Shown: positions 27,366 through 38,064 of the stretch, piece after piece
Layout of the letters: each line of letters begins with the position of its first letter
Numbering within the stretch: the first letter of the stretch is position 1
NCBI GenBank assembly: GCA_035538995.1
Contig: DATLJG010000026.1
Location: 1 to 40,420, forward strand
Source: Hyphomicrobium sp.
Lineage (GTDB): Bacteria; Pseudomonadota; Alphaproteobacteria; Rhizobiales; Hyphomicrobiaceae
Direction of reading: 5' to 3'
Length of the DNA stretch: 40,420 bases
Program-made: the position numbers and the translations under genes
Notes under the pieces: model-generated
What the model was told of the DNA's origin: nothing
The model's database searches: none
What the model saw: the letters and a program-made list of their open reading frames with translations, nothing else

Positions 27366-30300
27366 TGACGTTCGGGGGGTGGGGAAAATCAAATCGAACG
27401 ACGTCGTGGTTGACGGCCTTCGTCGTCGTTGCGCTGTCGCTGTTCGGCCTCGCGGCACGTGCCGAGGCGCTGACGCCCATCCCTGTCCAGGAGGATCAGG
27501 ATCGCATCGAGATCACGACTCTCGGTGAGGCCTATGAAGGACGCGGCGATAGCCTCCAGGTCGAGACGGCAGCCGGTCAGGATGGTGTGTCCGGCCGCAT
27601 GACCGTCAGAGCGTCCGTTCCGGGAACGAGTCCGAACTGGATGGTCTTCTCGCTGACCAACAAAACGGACAAGTCACTTGAACGCCTGCTGACGGCCGAT
27701 CGCTATTCCATCGTTGGATCGGGCACGGTTTGGCCGGACCTCGATGCGCGGCGGATCGAGAGCGTCACGCCATCCGTTGGCTTCGTGCCCGAGCGCATCA
27801 AGAACGACAAAGCCGACGTCTTCCGCATCACGATGGAGCCGGGACAGACGATCACTTACGTCGCTGAACTTGCCGGCGAGCGCTTTTCCCGCCTCTATCT
27901 TTGGAAGCCGATCGACTACGAAATCAAGAGCCGTGACCGCCAGCTTTTCAACGGTGCGATGCTCGGCCTGACCGGCCTGTTGGCAATCTTCCTGACGTCG
28001 ATTTTCGCGGCCAATCATAAACTGATTTTCCCGGCGGCTGCCCTCGTCGCGTGGACGGTGCTGAATTATCTTTGCGTCGATTTCGGCTTCTTCCATAAAC
28101 TCTTCAATCTCAGACCGGAGGACAACGCCGTTTACCGGGCCGCGGGCGAAGCGGCGATGGCGTCGAGCTTTGTCATCTTCCTTTCGACGTTCCTCCGTCT
28201 TGGGCTTTGGCACGGCATCGTCAGAATGATGATCGGTGTCTGGATGGTGGCGCAGCTGACCCTGATCGCAGTCGCCGTCATAGATCCGCGCCTCGCCGCT
28301 ACGTTTGCGCGGTTGTCGTTCCTGATGATCGGCGGCGTCGGCGGTTTGTTTACCGTCTTCCTGGCGTTCAAAGGCCAAGACCGCGCCCTGTCGCTGGTGC
28401 CGACGTGGCTGCTGCTGCTGGTTTGGATTTTCGCGACGGGCATGACGCTCAGCGGCCGCATGTCGGGCGACGTCGTCGTGTCGAGCCTCATCGCCGGCCT
28501 GGTGCTGGTCGTCATCCTGATGGGCTTCACCGTCACCCAATTCGCGTTCCGATCGGCCGATGCGGCCTACGCTGGGGCGCCGACGGAATTGCAAGGACGA
28601 TCCTTGGCATTGGCGGCGTCCGGTTCGACCGTTTGGGAATGGAATATCCGCCGCGATGAAATCAAGGTCAGCCCGGAAGTCGAAATCGCGCTGTCGCTGA
28701 TGCCCGGCGAACTATCGACGAAGGTCGACGATTTTCTACGGCACGTGCATCCGACCGACAAAGAGCGGTTCCGCGTCATGCTGATGTCGGTGCAGGAGCG
28801 CTCCGGGGTCCGGATCAGGACCGATTTCCGCCTGAGGCACTCCGATAACAGTTGGCGCTGGTTCGAGCTGGAAGCCGCAAGCGTCCCGAATTCCGACGGC
28901 CGCACGCTGCGTTGCGTCGGCCTTTTGCGTGATGTCTCCGATATGAAACGGGCTCACGAGCGCCTTTTGCATGATGCGGTTCATTGCAGTCTGACCGGAC
29001 TGCCCAATCGTGAGCTGTTCCTTGACCGGCTGAAGGGCGCCGTTGTGCGTGCGAAGACGGATACCAGCGTCAAGCCTGCCCTCGTTTTCATCGATCTCGA
29101 TAAGTTCAAGAGCATCAACTCGTCGTTTGGACTGGTTCGGGGCGATAGTCTGCTGTTGACCGTCGCGCGCCGTCTGCAGCGTCACCTTGGAGCGCACGAT
29201 ACGGTCGCGCGCGTTGGCGGCGACCAGTTTGCGATGCTTTTCACCGGCGAACGCGAAGCTCGAAATCTTGCGGCGCTTGCGGAGCGCGTGCGCCGCTCGT
29301 TGCGGGCGCCCATTCCGCTTGCCAATCAGGAAGTCGTTTTGACCGGATCGATGGGCATCGCGGTCTGGGATGAGACGCGAGCCGCCGACGATGATCTGCT
29401 GAAAGACGCCGAGCTGGCAATGTACCGTGCCAAGCGGGTCGGCGCCGACCGGATCGAGGTTTTCGATCCCGGCATGCGCCGCGATCGCGAGCAGAGCGCC
29501 GGTGCCGAACTCAGCAAGGCCATCGAAAAGGGCCAGCTTCGCGTACTTTATCAGCCCATCGTCTACCTGCCGACCAAGGAGCTGGCGGGCTTTGAGGCCT
29601 TTGTCCGCTGGGAGCATCCGAAGCTCGGTCTCGTCAACCCTGCCTCGCTCGTCGATGCCGACGGAGCATCGGATGCATTGATCAAGGTCAATTGCGTTCT
29701 GTTGCTGCGCGCCGCCAAGGATGCCGCCAAATGGATTTCTGAGTTGCCGCGCCCTGAGCGGCCGCTATTCGTCTCCGTCAATATGTCCTGTCCGCAGCTC
29801 TTCAAGCCGGAATCGATCCAGGAAATTCGCCACATCCTCGGCCGCAATACCGTGCCGCCAGGAACGTTGCGGCTCGAGATCGCCGAAAACCTTGTCATGA
29901 GCAATCCCGAGCAGGCGGCGGAAGTTCTGAAGGTTCTGCACGCCTCGGGCGCCGAGCTGGCTCTTGATGAATTCGGTACGGGCTACTCCTCGCTCGCGTA
30001 TCTCAATCGTTTTCCATTCGATACAATCAAGATTTCGCGCGAACTCGTCCGCTCGAATGGCACCGCCGCTGGAGCTGCGATTGTGCGCTCGATGGTGGCG
30101 CTCGCCCACGAGTTGTCGAAGACGGTCGTCGCCGAAGGCGTCGAGCGGGCCGACGAAGCGACCTTCTTGCGGTCGATTGGCTGCGAATATGCGCAGGGCT
30201 ACCATTTCGGCGAGCCGATCCCCGAACGCGCCGTGCTTCAACTGCTGAAGATGGTCCGTCGCTCCGAAAGCAAAATGCAGCCGCGCGGGTTCTTCCGTCC

Positions 30301-31099
30301 CAAGTTCCGCAGCATCGGAAAGCAAGCCAAAGCAAAGGTCGCGCGCGCCGCCATCGCAGCGCCTGATAAGTCACCCGCTACAGGCGACCAGAAAGCGATC
30401 ACAGCGCCGCCAAAGGCTCCGGCCAAGGTAGCAGCAGCTTTGCCGGTTGGTTCGATCGTCCGTCAGCGCCACAAATCTGTCGCCGCGAAGCCTCCAGTCG
30501 CCGCGGCGATGCCGGCAAAATCCGCAGCTCCTCCGAAAGCTGCCGAAGCTCTGCGCAGCGCCGTCACAAACGGGGGCCCGCCGGGCAATCCGCTTGCTCC
30601 CGTCGTTCCTGGCGCAATGCCAGCTCTGCCGCCGGAACTGCTGCAAAATATCGAGCGTACATCCGGATCCGCTCCGCAGGCGCAGCGAAAGCCGTCGGGC
30701 AAAGGGCACGGACAGAGCGCGCCGAAGCCGTCCGCGCCGGGACCATTGCCGACCCCGGTTGCCGACCGTACCGCTTCGCTGTCGGGACCGAACATCATGG
30801 CGCCTCTGTCCGAAGCTCTGGCGCGCGCTTCGAATACGCCGCAAACGACCGGGCGACCGGCCCCGGCGGGAACGTCTCAACGAAATGGCCATGCGCCGCC
30901 GCCTGCGAAGGAACCGCCCCCCGTCAACGCTGCGCCGCCGCTGCCAACTCCGAATGAATCGACCCAGCAACCGGATTTCTCAACGCTACCGCCGTCGATC
31001 GCGGCAAGCCTGGCACGCTTGGCCGGAGGCGAGCCGCCGCCGAAGACGATGGGCGGCCCACCATCAAGATCCGAGCCGAAGGTTGCGTCGAAGGGATAA
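27365..31099 (+). CDS. Membrane-bound sensor PAS-GGDEF-EAL protein with long Pro/Ala-rich tail
   Basis: Periplasmic domain, about 7 TMs, PAS (VHPTDKE, FRLRH...WRW), SLTGLPNR, GGDQF, EAFVRW, DEFGTGYSS, AEGVE, QGY. Confidence 0.9.
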   Translation: MTFGGWGKSNRTTSWLTAFVVVALSLFGLAARAEALTPIPVQEDQDRIEITTLGEAYEGRGDSLQVETAAGQDGVSGRMTVRASVPGTSPNWMVFSLTNKTDKSLERLLTADRYSIVGSGTVWPDLDARRIESVTPSVGFVPERIKNDKADVFRITMEPGQTITYVAELAGERFSRLYLWKPIDYEIKSRDRQLFNGAMLGLTGLLAIFLTSIFAANHKLIFPAAALVAWTVLNYLCVDFGFFHKLFNLRPEDNAVYRAAGEAAMASSFVIFLSTFLRLGLWHGIVRMMIGVWMVAQLTLIAVAVIDPRLAATFARLSFLMIGGVGGLFTVFLAFKGQDRALSLVPTWLLLLVWIFATGMTLSGRMSGDVVVSSLIAGLVLVVILMGFTVTQFAFRSADAAYAGAPTELQGRSLALAASGSTVWEWNIRRDEIKVSPEVEIALSLMPGELSTKVDDFLRHVHPTDKERFRVMLMSVQERSGVRIRTDFRLRHSDNSWRWFELEAASVPNSDGRTLRCVGLLRDVSDMKRAHERLLHDAVHCSLTGLPNRELFLDRLKGAVVRAKTDTSVKPALVFIDLDKFKSINSSFGLVRGDSLLLTVARRLQRHLGAHDTVARVGGDQFAMLFTGEREARNLAALAERVRRSLRAPIPLANQEVVLTGSMGIAVWDETRAADDDLLKDAELAMYRAKRVGADRIEVFDPGMRRDREQSAGAELSKAIEKGQLRVLYQPIVYLPTKELAGFEAFVRWEHPKLGLVNPASLVDADGASDALIKVNCVLLLRAAKDAAKWISELPRPERPLFVSVNMSCPQLFKPESIQEIRHILGRNTVPPGTLRLEIAENLVMSNPEQAAEVLKVLHASGAELALDEFGTGYSSLAYLNRFPFDTIKISRELVRSNGTAAGAAIVRSMVALAHELSKTVVAEGVERADEATFLRSIGCEYAQGYHFGEPIPERAVLQLLKMVRRSESKMQPRGFFRPKFRSIGKQAKAKVARAAIAAPDKSPATGDQKAITAPPKAPAKVAAALPVGSIVRQRHKSVAAKPPVAAAMPAKSAAPPKAAEALRSAVTNGGPPGNPLAPVVPGAMPALPPELLQNIERTSGSAPQAQRKPSGKGHGQSAPKPSAPGPLPTPVADRTASLSGPNIMAPLSEALARASNTPQTTGRPAPAGTSQRNGHAPPPAKEPPPVNAAPPLPTPNESTQQPDFSTLPPSIAASLARLAGGEPPPKTMGGPPSRSEPKVASKG

Positions 31100-31108
31100 A
31101 AAGCTGGC

Positions 31109-31726
31109 CTAAGCGTGGCCGGCGTCGCTCACCAAGTGCGAAAGATCAATTCCGATTTTCGCCAGTGCTCGCGAATACTTGTTCTCAAGATCTTCATCGA
31201 AAATGATGTCGGGATCTGCCGGGCAATGAAGCCAGCCATTGGCCTGGATTTCGGTCTCGAGTTGGCCGGGCGACCATCCCGCATAGCCGAGCGCCAGAAG
31301 TGCCCGCGCCGGACCGCGCCCTTGTGCAATCGCCTTCAGGATATCGATCGTCGCGGTCAGGCAAACGTCCTGCTCGATCTCAAGCGTCGAATCTTCGGCG
31401 AAATAGTCGGAGCTATGGAGAACGAAGCCGCGTCCTGTCTCGACGGGACCACCGACCTGGATGGACAGCGATAAGACCTCGCTGGTGATCTCGTCCTCTG
31501 GGTTTCGCGCCGAGATTCCGAGCCTTTCGAGCAGATCGGGAGCAGTGATGTGGTTGGCACGTTGATTTATAATGAGTCCCATAGCGCCTTCCGAGGAATG
31601 GGCGCACAGGTAGATAACCGAGCGCTGGAAGCGCCGGTCGGACATCGCCGGCATGGCAATGAGCAATTGCCCTTCGAGCTTGATGTCCGAGCCCTCCGCA
31701 GGGCTTTTTTGTCGAGCAGACTTCAT
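31109..31726 (-). CDS. yqgE: YqgE/AlgH (UPF0301) family protein
   Basis: LLIAMP.M.D.RF.RSVIYLC.H...[12 protein letters not shown]...[18 protein letters not shown], ends AGHA. GGAG SD. Confidence 0.92.
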   Translation of the reverse strand: MKSARQKSPAEGSDIKLEGQLLIAMPAMSDRRFQRSVIYLCAHSSEGAMGLIINQRANHITAPDLLERLGISARNPEDEITSEVLSLSIQVGGPVETGRGFVLHSSDYFAEDSTLEIEQDVCLTATIDILKAIAQGRGPARALLALGYAGWSPGQLETEIQANGWLHCPADPDIIFDEDLENKYSRALAKIGIDLSHLVSDAGHA

Positions 31727-31892
31727 ATCCAGGAGACTAATCCGATAGCGCCGCGGCGTGAAGATGTTCGAACGTGCCTAAAACGAATTGATGTAACAAG
31801 TTGGGCTCCGGGACCCTATATTGAAGGTGGTTGAATACCTCTCCAGCGGAGGACCGCGTGCAACACGCCAAAATGCGAGAAGGTGACGGATT

Positions 31893-32720
31893 GTGATGAG
31901 ATTGACCTTTGCGTTCCTGGCGCTCAGCACGACGGCGGCACTTGCCAATTCGGCAACGCCGGTCACCTCGGATTGGGTCCAGGGCTACAACACGAAGGCC
32001 CGTCTCGTCGCAGGCCATGCCGTTCGTGACGGACAAAAGGCGCTTTACGCCGGCGTCGAACTGGCCATGCCGCAGGGTTGGAAGACGTACTGGCGCACGC
32101 CCGGTGACGCGGGCGGCGTGCCTCCGGAGTTCGATTGGAAGGGCTCGCAGAACTTGCAGTCCGCGCGCGTGCTTTACCCGGCTCCGCATCGCTTGAGCGA
32201 CAAGGCCGGCGATGCCGTGGGTTACAAAGGCGGCGTCATATTTCCCGTGCTCGTGAAACCTGCCGATGCCACCAAACCCATCGTGCTGCACGGCAAGGTG
32301 GACTACGGCCTATGCAAGGATATTTGCATTCCCGCCGAAGCCGAATTCCAGGTCGTGATCCCGCCCGATGTCGGAACCTCGGCCGAGTTGACGCAATCGC
32401 TGTCGCGCGTTCCGCAAGACCAACCTCGCGCGGGCCTCGATCCGAAGCTCGCAGGCTGGCGGGTGGATCAATCCTCCGGGAAGCCAAAGCTCATATTCAA
32501 CGTCGAGACGGGATCGTCCGAAAGCGCCGATGCCTTCGTTGTTGCGTCGGATGAGACGTATATTCCGCTTCCCAAACGTATCGCGAACGAAGCGGGCAAG
32601 GCGAAATTCGAAGTCGATCTCACCGACGGCGTCAACATAAAGGATCTTAAAGGCAAGCCGCTGACCATCACGATGATCGACGGCAAGGGCCAGTCGGAAA
32701 CGACGATCACACTTGAGTAG
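31893..32720 (+). CDS. Periplasmic DsbD N-terminal-like (thiol-disulfide) domain protein
   Basis: Signal peptide, GWKTYWRTPGDAG.PP.FDW..S.N, CKDICIP. Confidence 0.82.
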   Translation: MMRLTFAFLALSTTAALANSATPVTSDWVQGYNTKARLVAGHAVRDGQKALYAGVELAMPQGWKTYWRTPGDAGGVPPEFDWKGSQNLQSARVLYPAPHRLSDKAGDAVGYKGGVIFPVLVKPADATKPIVLHGKVDYGLCKDICIPAEAEFQVVIPPDVGTSAELTQSLSRVPQDQPRAGLDPKLAGWRVDQSSGKPKLIFNVETGSSESADAFVVASDETYIPLPKRIANEAGKAKFEVDLTDGVNIKDLKGKPLTITMIDGKGQSETTITLE

Positions 32721-32774
32721 GGCGCACGCCGCGCTACAGTTCCCTGACAAAAATTCCAGAGCATGAGGAATACG

Positions 32775-33272
32775 ATGGCGATCAAGGTCGGCGACAAGCT
32801 GCCGGACGGAAAATTCACGGTCATGGGCGCGAACGGGCCCGAGCCCAAAACCACCAGCGAGGTCTTCTCAGGAAAAAAGGTGGCGCTGTTTGCGGTACCC
32901 GGCGCTTATACGCCGACGTGCAACAATCAGCACATGCCGGGATTCGTCTCGCGCATTGATGAACTGAAAGCCAAGGGCATCGATGCGATCGCTTGCACAG
33001 CGGTCAACGACGTGTTCGTCCTGACGAACTGGGCCAAGGATACCGGCGCCACCGGAAAGATCGAGATGCTTGCCGACGGCTCCGGCGACTTTGCCAAGGC
33101 GATCGGTCTCGACATCGACCTTTCGAACTTCGGACTGGGCCTGCGCTCGAAACGCTATGCGATGCTGGTCGATAACGGCGTCGTCAAAGTCCTGAACGTC
33201 GAGGACAGTCCGCCGGTCGCGGATAAATCGAGCGCCGAAACGCTCTGCTCGATGATTGACCGCTCGCTTTAG
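32775..33272 (+). CDS. Peroxiredoxin, Prx5/Redoxin type
   Basis: PGAYTPTC...H.PG, VND.FV...W, G.RS.RYAM. GAGGA SD before ATG 32775. Confidence 0.93.
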   Translation: MAIKVGDKLPDGKFTVMGANGPEPKTTSEVFSGKKVALFAVPGAYTPTCNNQHMPGFVSRIDELKAKGIDAIACTAVNDVFVLTNWAKDTGATGKIEMLADGSGDFAKAIGLDIDLSNFGLGLRSKRYAMLVDNGVVKVLNVEDSPPVADKSSAETLCSMIDRSL

Positions 33273-33748
33273 TCTTGCACCGGATCGGCAGGCCGGCGTG
33301 ACAGCTTGAACGGCGCCATCGCAATGCGCGCAAGTTCGTCGGCCCGCTCGTTCTCAGGATGACCCGCGTGGCCCTTGAGCCAAAACCATTCGACGTTGTG
33401 CTTGTTGCGCAAGGCGTCGAGTTCCTGCCATAGCTCGACGTTCTTGACTGGCTTCTTATCGGCCGTTCGCCAGCCGTTTTTCTTCCAGCCGTGAACCCAG
33501 CCGGTGATGCCGTTCTTCACGTAGGCGCTATCGGTATAAAGCGCGACGTCGCTGCGCTTCTTCAGAGCATTGAGCGCTGAAATCGCGGCCATCAATTCCA
33601 TACGGTTATTGGTCGTCAGCGCCTCGCCGCCGCTGATTTCCTTGCGGTGGTTGCCGGAGATGAGAACCGCCCCCCAGCCGCCGGGCCCCGGATTCCCGGA
33701 GCATGCGCCATCGCTATAGATCAGAATTTTTGCAGCGCTGGCGGTCAT
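33269..33748 (-). CDS. rnhA: Ribonuclease HI
   Basis: [37 protein letters not shown]. Confidence 0.96.
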   Translation of the reverse strand: MTASAAKILIYSDGACSGNPGPGGWGAVLISGNHRKEISGGEALTTNNRMELMAAISALNALKKRSDVALYTDSAYVKNGITGWVHGWKKNGWRTADKKPVKNVELWQELDALRNKHNVEWFWLKGHAGHPENERADELARIAMAPFKLSRRPADPVQD

Positions 33749-34716
33749 CACGGAGTTTCAAAGCCATAGTCGCGGATCGAAGCGACGGATTGATGGAAGC
33801 GAAGCCGCCGCACGTAATCGAGTGGATCCTTACGGGCGACGAGGGCATCTTTCGGCGTGTTCAGCCAATCGTAGCTGCGGGTCAAAAGGAAGCGCATGGC
33901 GGCTCCGCGCGCCAGCAGGGGTAATGCCTCGCGTTCGGCCGCGCTGAGCTTGCGAACGCTGTCATAGCCCTTGAGAAGCGCGCGCCCCTTCGTGGCGTTG
34001 AATTGGCAATTGGGTTCAAAACACCAAGCGTTGAGCGATATGGCGATGTCGTAGGCGAGCGCGTCGTTGCACGCAAAATAGAAGTCGATCAGGCCCGAAA
34101 GTTTGTCGCCGATGAAGAACACATTGTCGGGAAAGAGGTCGGCGTGAATGACACCTTGCGGCAGATCATTCGGCCACGACGCTTCGAGAAACCCCAATTC
34201 GTCCGTGATGAGCGGTTTTAGATCGCGCGATATTTCGGACGTGCGTTCAGCAAAATTGTCGAAGAGAGGCCGCCAGCCGCGCAGGCCGAGTGCGTTGTCG
34301 CGCCGGAGCGAGAAATCTTCGCCCGCCACATGCATGCGCGCCAGCGCTTTGCCGAGTTCAAGGCAATGCTCGACTTTTGGCCGTCTCGGCCACATCCCTT
34401 CGAGGAATGTCACGAGAGCGGCATGCCGCCCAGCCAACTCGTTCAAGACCTGGCCATTGGTGTCGCGCACGGGCAGCGGACAAGTGACGCCGCGCGCCGA
34501 GAGATGCTCCATCAGCCCGAGAAAGAACGGCAAATCTTTTGGATCGACCCGCTTCTCGTAAATCGTCAGGATGAATGCGCCGGTCGTCGTATGCAGCAGA
34601 TAGTTGGTGTTCTCGACGCCCTCAGCAATTCCCTTGCACGAGAGCAGATTGCCAAGCTGATAGGGCGCTATGAAGCGCGCAAGCTCTTCGTCGCTGACTT
34701 CCGTATAGACCGCCAT
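33748..34716 (-). CDS. thrB: Homoserine kinase type II
   Basis: [39 protein letters not shown]. Confidence 0.94.
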   Translation of the reverse strand: MAVYTEVSDEELARFIAPYQLGNLLSCKGIAEGVENTNYLLHTTTGAFILTIYEKRVDPKDLPFFLGLMEHLSARGVTCPLPVRDTNGQVLNELAGRHAALVTFLEGMWPRRPKVEHCLELGKALARMHVAGEDFSLRRDNALGLRGWRPLFDNFAERTSEISRDLKPLITDELGFLEASWPNDLPQGVIHADLFPDNVFFIGDKLSGLIDFYFACNDALAYDIAISLNAWCFEPNCQFNATKGRALLKGYDSVRKLSAAEREALPLLARGAAMRFLLTRSYDWLNTPKDALVARKDPLDYVRRLRFHQSVASIRDYGFETP

Positions 34717-34743
34717 GATCTTCCCGTACGCCGAAATGGAGGT

Positions 34744-35721
34744 CTACTGCTGTCCAGCCGAGGTTTGTGCGAGCCGAACCTGGCGCGGCACGTTGAAGAC
34801 GACGCGCTCTTCAAGGGTCGTTACGATCTCGATCGTCACGTCGTAGCGCTCGCGGATGGCTTCGACAACCTCTTCGACGATCACCTCAGGCGCCGACGCG
34901 CCCGCCGTGATGCCGATCGCCTGCGCACCTTCGAGACTTGCCCACGGAATATCCGCTGCGCGCTCGACAAGGAATGAAAATTTGCAGCCGGCTTTTGAGG
35001 CAACCTCGACAAGCCGCAGCGAATTCGAACTCTTGGGACCGCCGACAACGATGAGGCCGTCAATCTGCGGTGCGATCGCCTTGACGGCATTCTGCCGATT
35101 GGTCGTGGCGTAGCAAATGTCTTCCTTCACCGGACCGCCGATGCCGGGGAAACGCTCCTTGAGAACAGCAACGATTTCTGCGGTGTCATCGAGCGACAGC
35201 GTCGTTTGCGTTACAAAGGCGAGCTTGCCGGAATCGCGGGGCTCGAATGCGAGCGCGTCTTCGACGGTTTCGACAAGGTGGATAGCGCCCTTTGGCAATT
35301 GTCCGAGCGTCCCCACGACCTCGGGATGACCACGATGTCCGACCAGGATGATCTCGCGCCCCTGTTCATGGTGGCGGGCCGCTTCCATGTGGACCTTCGA
35401 GACCAGTGGACAAGTCGCGTCGACCACGAACATGTTCCGATTTTTCGCGGCTTCCGGAATGGTCTTCGCGACCCCGTGTGCTGAAAAGATCACGGGTTGA
35501 TCAGTATCCGGAATCTCGTCCAGCTCCTTCACAAAAACGGCACCTTTGGCTCTCAGGGAATCTACAACGTAGCGGTTGTGTACGATTTCATGTCGGACGT
35601 AGACGGGAGCGCCGAATTTGGTCAAAGCCTGTTCTACGATCTGAATTGCGCGATCCACGCCGGCACAGAAGCCACGTGGCGCAGCGAGCAGAATCTTGAG
35701 CGGTGGCTTTTGCACGGTCAC
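34744..35721 (-). CDS. ispH: 4-hydroxy-3-methylbut-2-enyl diphosphate reductase
   Basis: [54 protein letters not shown]. Confidence 0.97.
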   Translation of the reverse strand: MTVQKPPLKILLAAPRGFCAGVDRAIQIVEQALTKFGAPVYVRHEIVHNRYVVDSLRAKGAVFVKELDEIPDTDQPVIFSAHGVAKTIPEAAKNRNMFVVDATCPLVSKVHMEAARHHEQGREIILVGHRGHPEVVGTLGQLPKGAIHLVETVEDALAFEPRDSGKLAFVTQTTLSLDDTAEIVAVLKERFPGIGGPVKEDICYATTNRQNAVKAIAPQIDGLIVVGGPKSSNSLRLVEVASKAGCKFSFLVERAADIPWASLEGAQAIGITAGASAPEVIVEEVVEAIRERYDVTIEIVTTLEERVVFNVPRQVRLAQTSAGQQ

Positions 35722-35865
35722 TTCGATTGGTTAAGGCCGGATATGGCAGAACGAGGTTCTTTATACTCATCCACCGCACCTGAAAATGCTGTTGGATGCC
35801 GGTCGAGTCGGATGGTACGGTCCTTTTCTGACAATACAAGGGGCCGGGGTTCGCAACTGCGGGGG

Positions 35866-36570
35866 ATGTTGTTGCACAATTCGGGTCGTTGGCACCCTGA
35901 CAAAGGGGGTGCGAAGATTTTACGCCGCTTTAAATTCGCGCCGGCACAGGCTTTCGCGCTTGTTTCGCTTGGCATTTCCGCTGCGGCGCTTGGCGGCTGC
36001 GGAATGTCGTCGCTGACGTCCGGATTGGGCGGCGGCATGTTCGGCAGCGGCGGTTCGGAAGGCTCAAACGTTTCGGAAGCTCAGCTTCTCGACGCTGCGA
36101 AATCGTCCGACTCGAGCGCAACTGGCAGCACCGGCGTTGGGGAAATAGACGCAGGATGCCCACGGCTTCGTATTGCGCCGCATGACAACTACATCACGTT
36201 CTATGAACAGGGCCACGTGGGCGATGCGCTCTCGGTCGCGCAACGCGGTGAGATCACCAAAACCGCGCGCGAATGCCGGATCGAGGAAGGCCGCGTCGTC
36301 GTCAAATACGGATTTTCGGGCCGCGTTCTGCTTGGACCGAAGGGGCAGGCAGGAAATGTGACCTTGCCGATCATCGTGGTCGTCAATGATTCAAAGCAGC
36401 AGCGCGTGACGACCGACACGACGAAAGTCGATGTCAACATCGGCACCGACAAACCGATCAGCTATTTCTCCGGCGTGCATACCGTGAGCTTCCCTATTCC
36501 GGAGGGATCGCGGCCGGGCGAATTCGAGATGATCATCGGATTTAATAGCCAGTCCGGAGGTTCCGGCTGA
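35866..36570 (+). CDS. Conserved hypothetical lipoprotein
   Basis: Hydrophobic stretch with lipobox LGGC, then CP, I..TAREC, GRVLLGP.G..G...LP. Divergent from ispH. Start uncertain. Confidence 0.75.
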   Translation: MLLHNSGRWHPDKGGAKILRRFKFAPAQAFALVSLGISAAALGGCGMSSLTSGLGGGMFGSGGSEGSNVSEAQLLDAAKSSDSSATGSTGVGEIDAGCPRLRIAPHDNYITFYEQGHVGDALSVAQRGEITKTARECRIEEGRVVVKYGFSGRVLLGPKGQAGNVTLPIIVVVNDSKQQRVTTDTTKVDVNIGTDKPISYFSGVHTVSFPIPEGSRPGEFEMIIGFNSQSGGSG

Positions 36571-36634
36571 GAACGCTGCGCTCGCCGACGTTTGCTCGGA
36601 CGTCACGATGATAAGCCAGTACAAGTCCAAACAC

Positions 36635-36667
36635 AAAAAAGCCGGGCGCGATGGCCCGGCTTTTTTT
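36635..36667. terminator. Bidirectional intrinsic terminator
   Basis: AAAAAA-GCCGGGC-GCGATG-GCCCGGC-TTTTTTT between convergent genes. Confidence 0.9.
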
Positions 36668-36687
36668 AATATCGCACTTTGAAGTGA

Positions 36688-37179
36688 TCAGTTGAGCTTG
36701 CCGCGAAGATCGTTGATCGACTGAGAGATCAGCGAATTGCCGACATCGCCCTTCACCCGCGTCTTCAGAAGCTCCTGCGCCGCTGCGATCGCGCTATCGA
36801 CGGCCGTCGCACGCACTTCGCTCAAGGCCTGAGTTTCAGCGCGCGCAATCTTGTCCTCGGCGATCTTGGAACGCCGTTCCAGACTTTCCGCCAACGACTT
36901 GCGAGCGTCCGCCGCCAGGGCTTCAGCTTCACGCTTGGCTTGATCGACGATGGTGCGGGCTTCCGTTTCGGCTTCACGCGCCTTGCGCTGATAGTCCGCA
37001 AGCAGAGCCTGCGCTTCTTCCCGCAGCTTGCGGGCTTCATCGAGCTCTTTGCGAATGCCATCGGCGCGGTCGTCGAGCATTTTGGTGATCGCTGCCGGCA
37101 CCTTGTAGTAGATGACCAGCGCAACAAACGCCAGGAAGGCGACGAGAACCCAGAATAGCGGATTGTTTGGGTCTAACAT
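36688..37179 (-). CDS. atpF: ATP synthase Fo subunit b
   Basis: FWV.VAF TM, LDDRA..IR.ELDEA..LREEA coiled coil. Last gene of the Fo operon. Confidence 0.93.
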   Translation of the reverse strand: MLDPNNPLFWVLVAFLAFVALVIYYKVPAAITKMLDDRADGIRKELDEARKLREEAQALLADYQRKAREAETEARTIVDQAKREAEALAADARKSLAESLERRSKIAEDKIARAETQALSEVRATAVDSAIAAAQELLKTRVKGDVGNSLISQSINDLRGKLN

Positions 37180-37188
37180 TGCTTATCC

Positions 37189-37746
37189 TCACTCGCCCGG
37201 GGCCGGCTGCAGCACCTTCTTGACCTCATCCGGCGAAACGTCCTGGCCGATGAGTTTCGTCACCACGGCGCGTGCCGTATCGGTGGCGATTTCGCCGATC
37301 GCAGAAACAGCCTTGGACTTCGTCTCGGCAATGCGAGATTCGGCGTTCTGCAGTTTAACGGCGAGCTGTGCATCGACCCGCTGACGTTCCGCATCCGTCT
37401 CGGCCGCGAGACGGTCGCGCGTCTCTTTGGCGATGCCGGATGCGTTGGAACGCGCATCGGCCAAAGCCTTCTCATAATCTGAGAGGGCCTTGTCCGTCTC
37501 GTCTTTGAGACGGCCCGCAGCATCGAGATCGCGCTTGATCCGGTCACGCCGCTCATCGATGACGTCGCCGACGCGCGGCAACGCGATCCGGCTCATGACG
37601 AAGAACAGCGCAATGAACGACAGCACCAGCCAGAAGAGCTGTGGTGTGAAGTGGTTCGGATCGAGCTGCGGCAAGCCCTCGGATTTGGACGCGCCTTCGG
37701 CAGCCTCAGCAGCAACCGCGAACAACAGTGTCGTGCCGGCAAACAT
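37189..37746 (-). CDS. atpF2: ATP synthase Fo subunit b'
   Basis: GLPQLD...F.PQLFWL, LPRV...I.ER...I..DL..A. GGAGG SD. Confidence 0.92.
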   Translation of the reverse strand: MFAGTTLLFAVAAEAAEGASKSEGLPQLDPNHFTPQLFWLVLSFIALFFVMSRIALPRVGDVIDERRDRIKRDLDAAGRLKDETDKALSDYEKALADARSNASGIAKETRDRLAAETDAERQRVDAQLAVKLQNAESRIAETKSKAVSAIGEIATDTARAVVTKLIGQDVSPDEVKKVLQPAPGE

Positions 37747-37778
37747 CTTTGCCTCCGGTTATAGAGCCGCGCCTAGTC

Positions 37779-38003
37779 TCAACCGTAAAGAATGATGAGC
37801 GCGATCAGAAGTCCAAAAAGGCCCGTTGCTTCAGCGAGAGCGAAGCCGATGAGCAGGTTCGTGAACTGGCCCGGAGCTGCCGACGGATTGCGCATCGCGC
37901 CCGAAAGGTAGTTGCCGAAGATGTTGCCGATGCCGACGCCGGCGCCGATCAACGCGCTGCAGGCGAGGCCCGCACCGATCATCTTCGCTGATTGAAGGTC
38001 CAT
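37779..38003 (-). CDS. atpE: ATP synthase Fo subunit c
   Basis: GAGVGIG, RNP loop, FALAEA with the carboxylate Glu. Confidence 0.96.
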   Translation of the reverse strand: MDLQSAKMIGAGLACSALIGAGVGIGNIFGNYLSGAMRNPSAAPGQFTNLLIGFALAEATGLFGLLIALIILYG

Positions 38004-38064
38004 TTAAAGTCTCCCTTTGCTGTAGCTTTTGTGTTCGAAATTCTGCGCTAACCTGCCGACCGGA

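Noticed and set aside
24036-35721. thrC next to SURF1, and thrB between ispH and rnhA, as odd gene neighbourhoods
   Set aside because: Both are long-conserved alphaproteobacterial syntenies.
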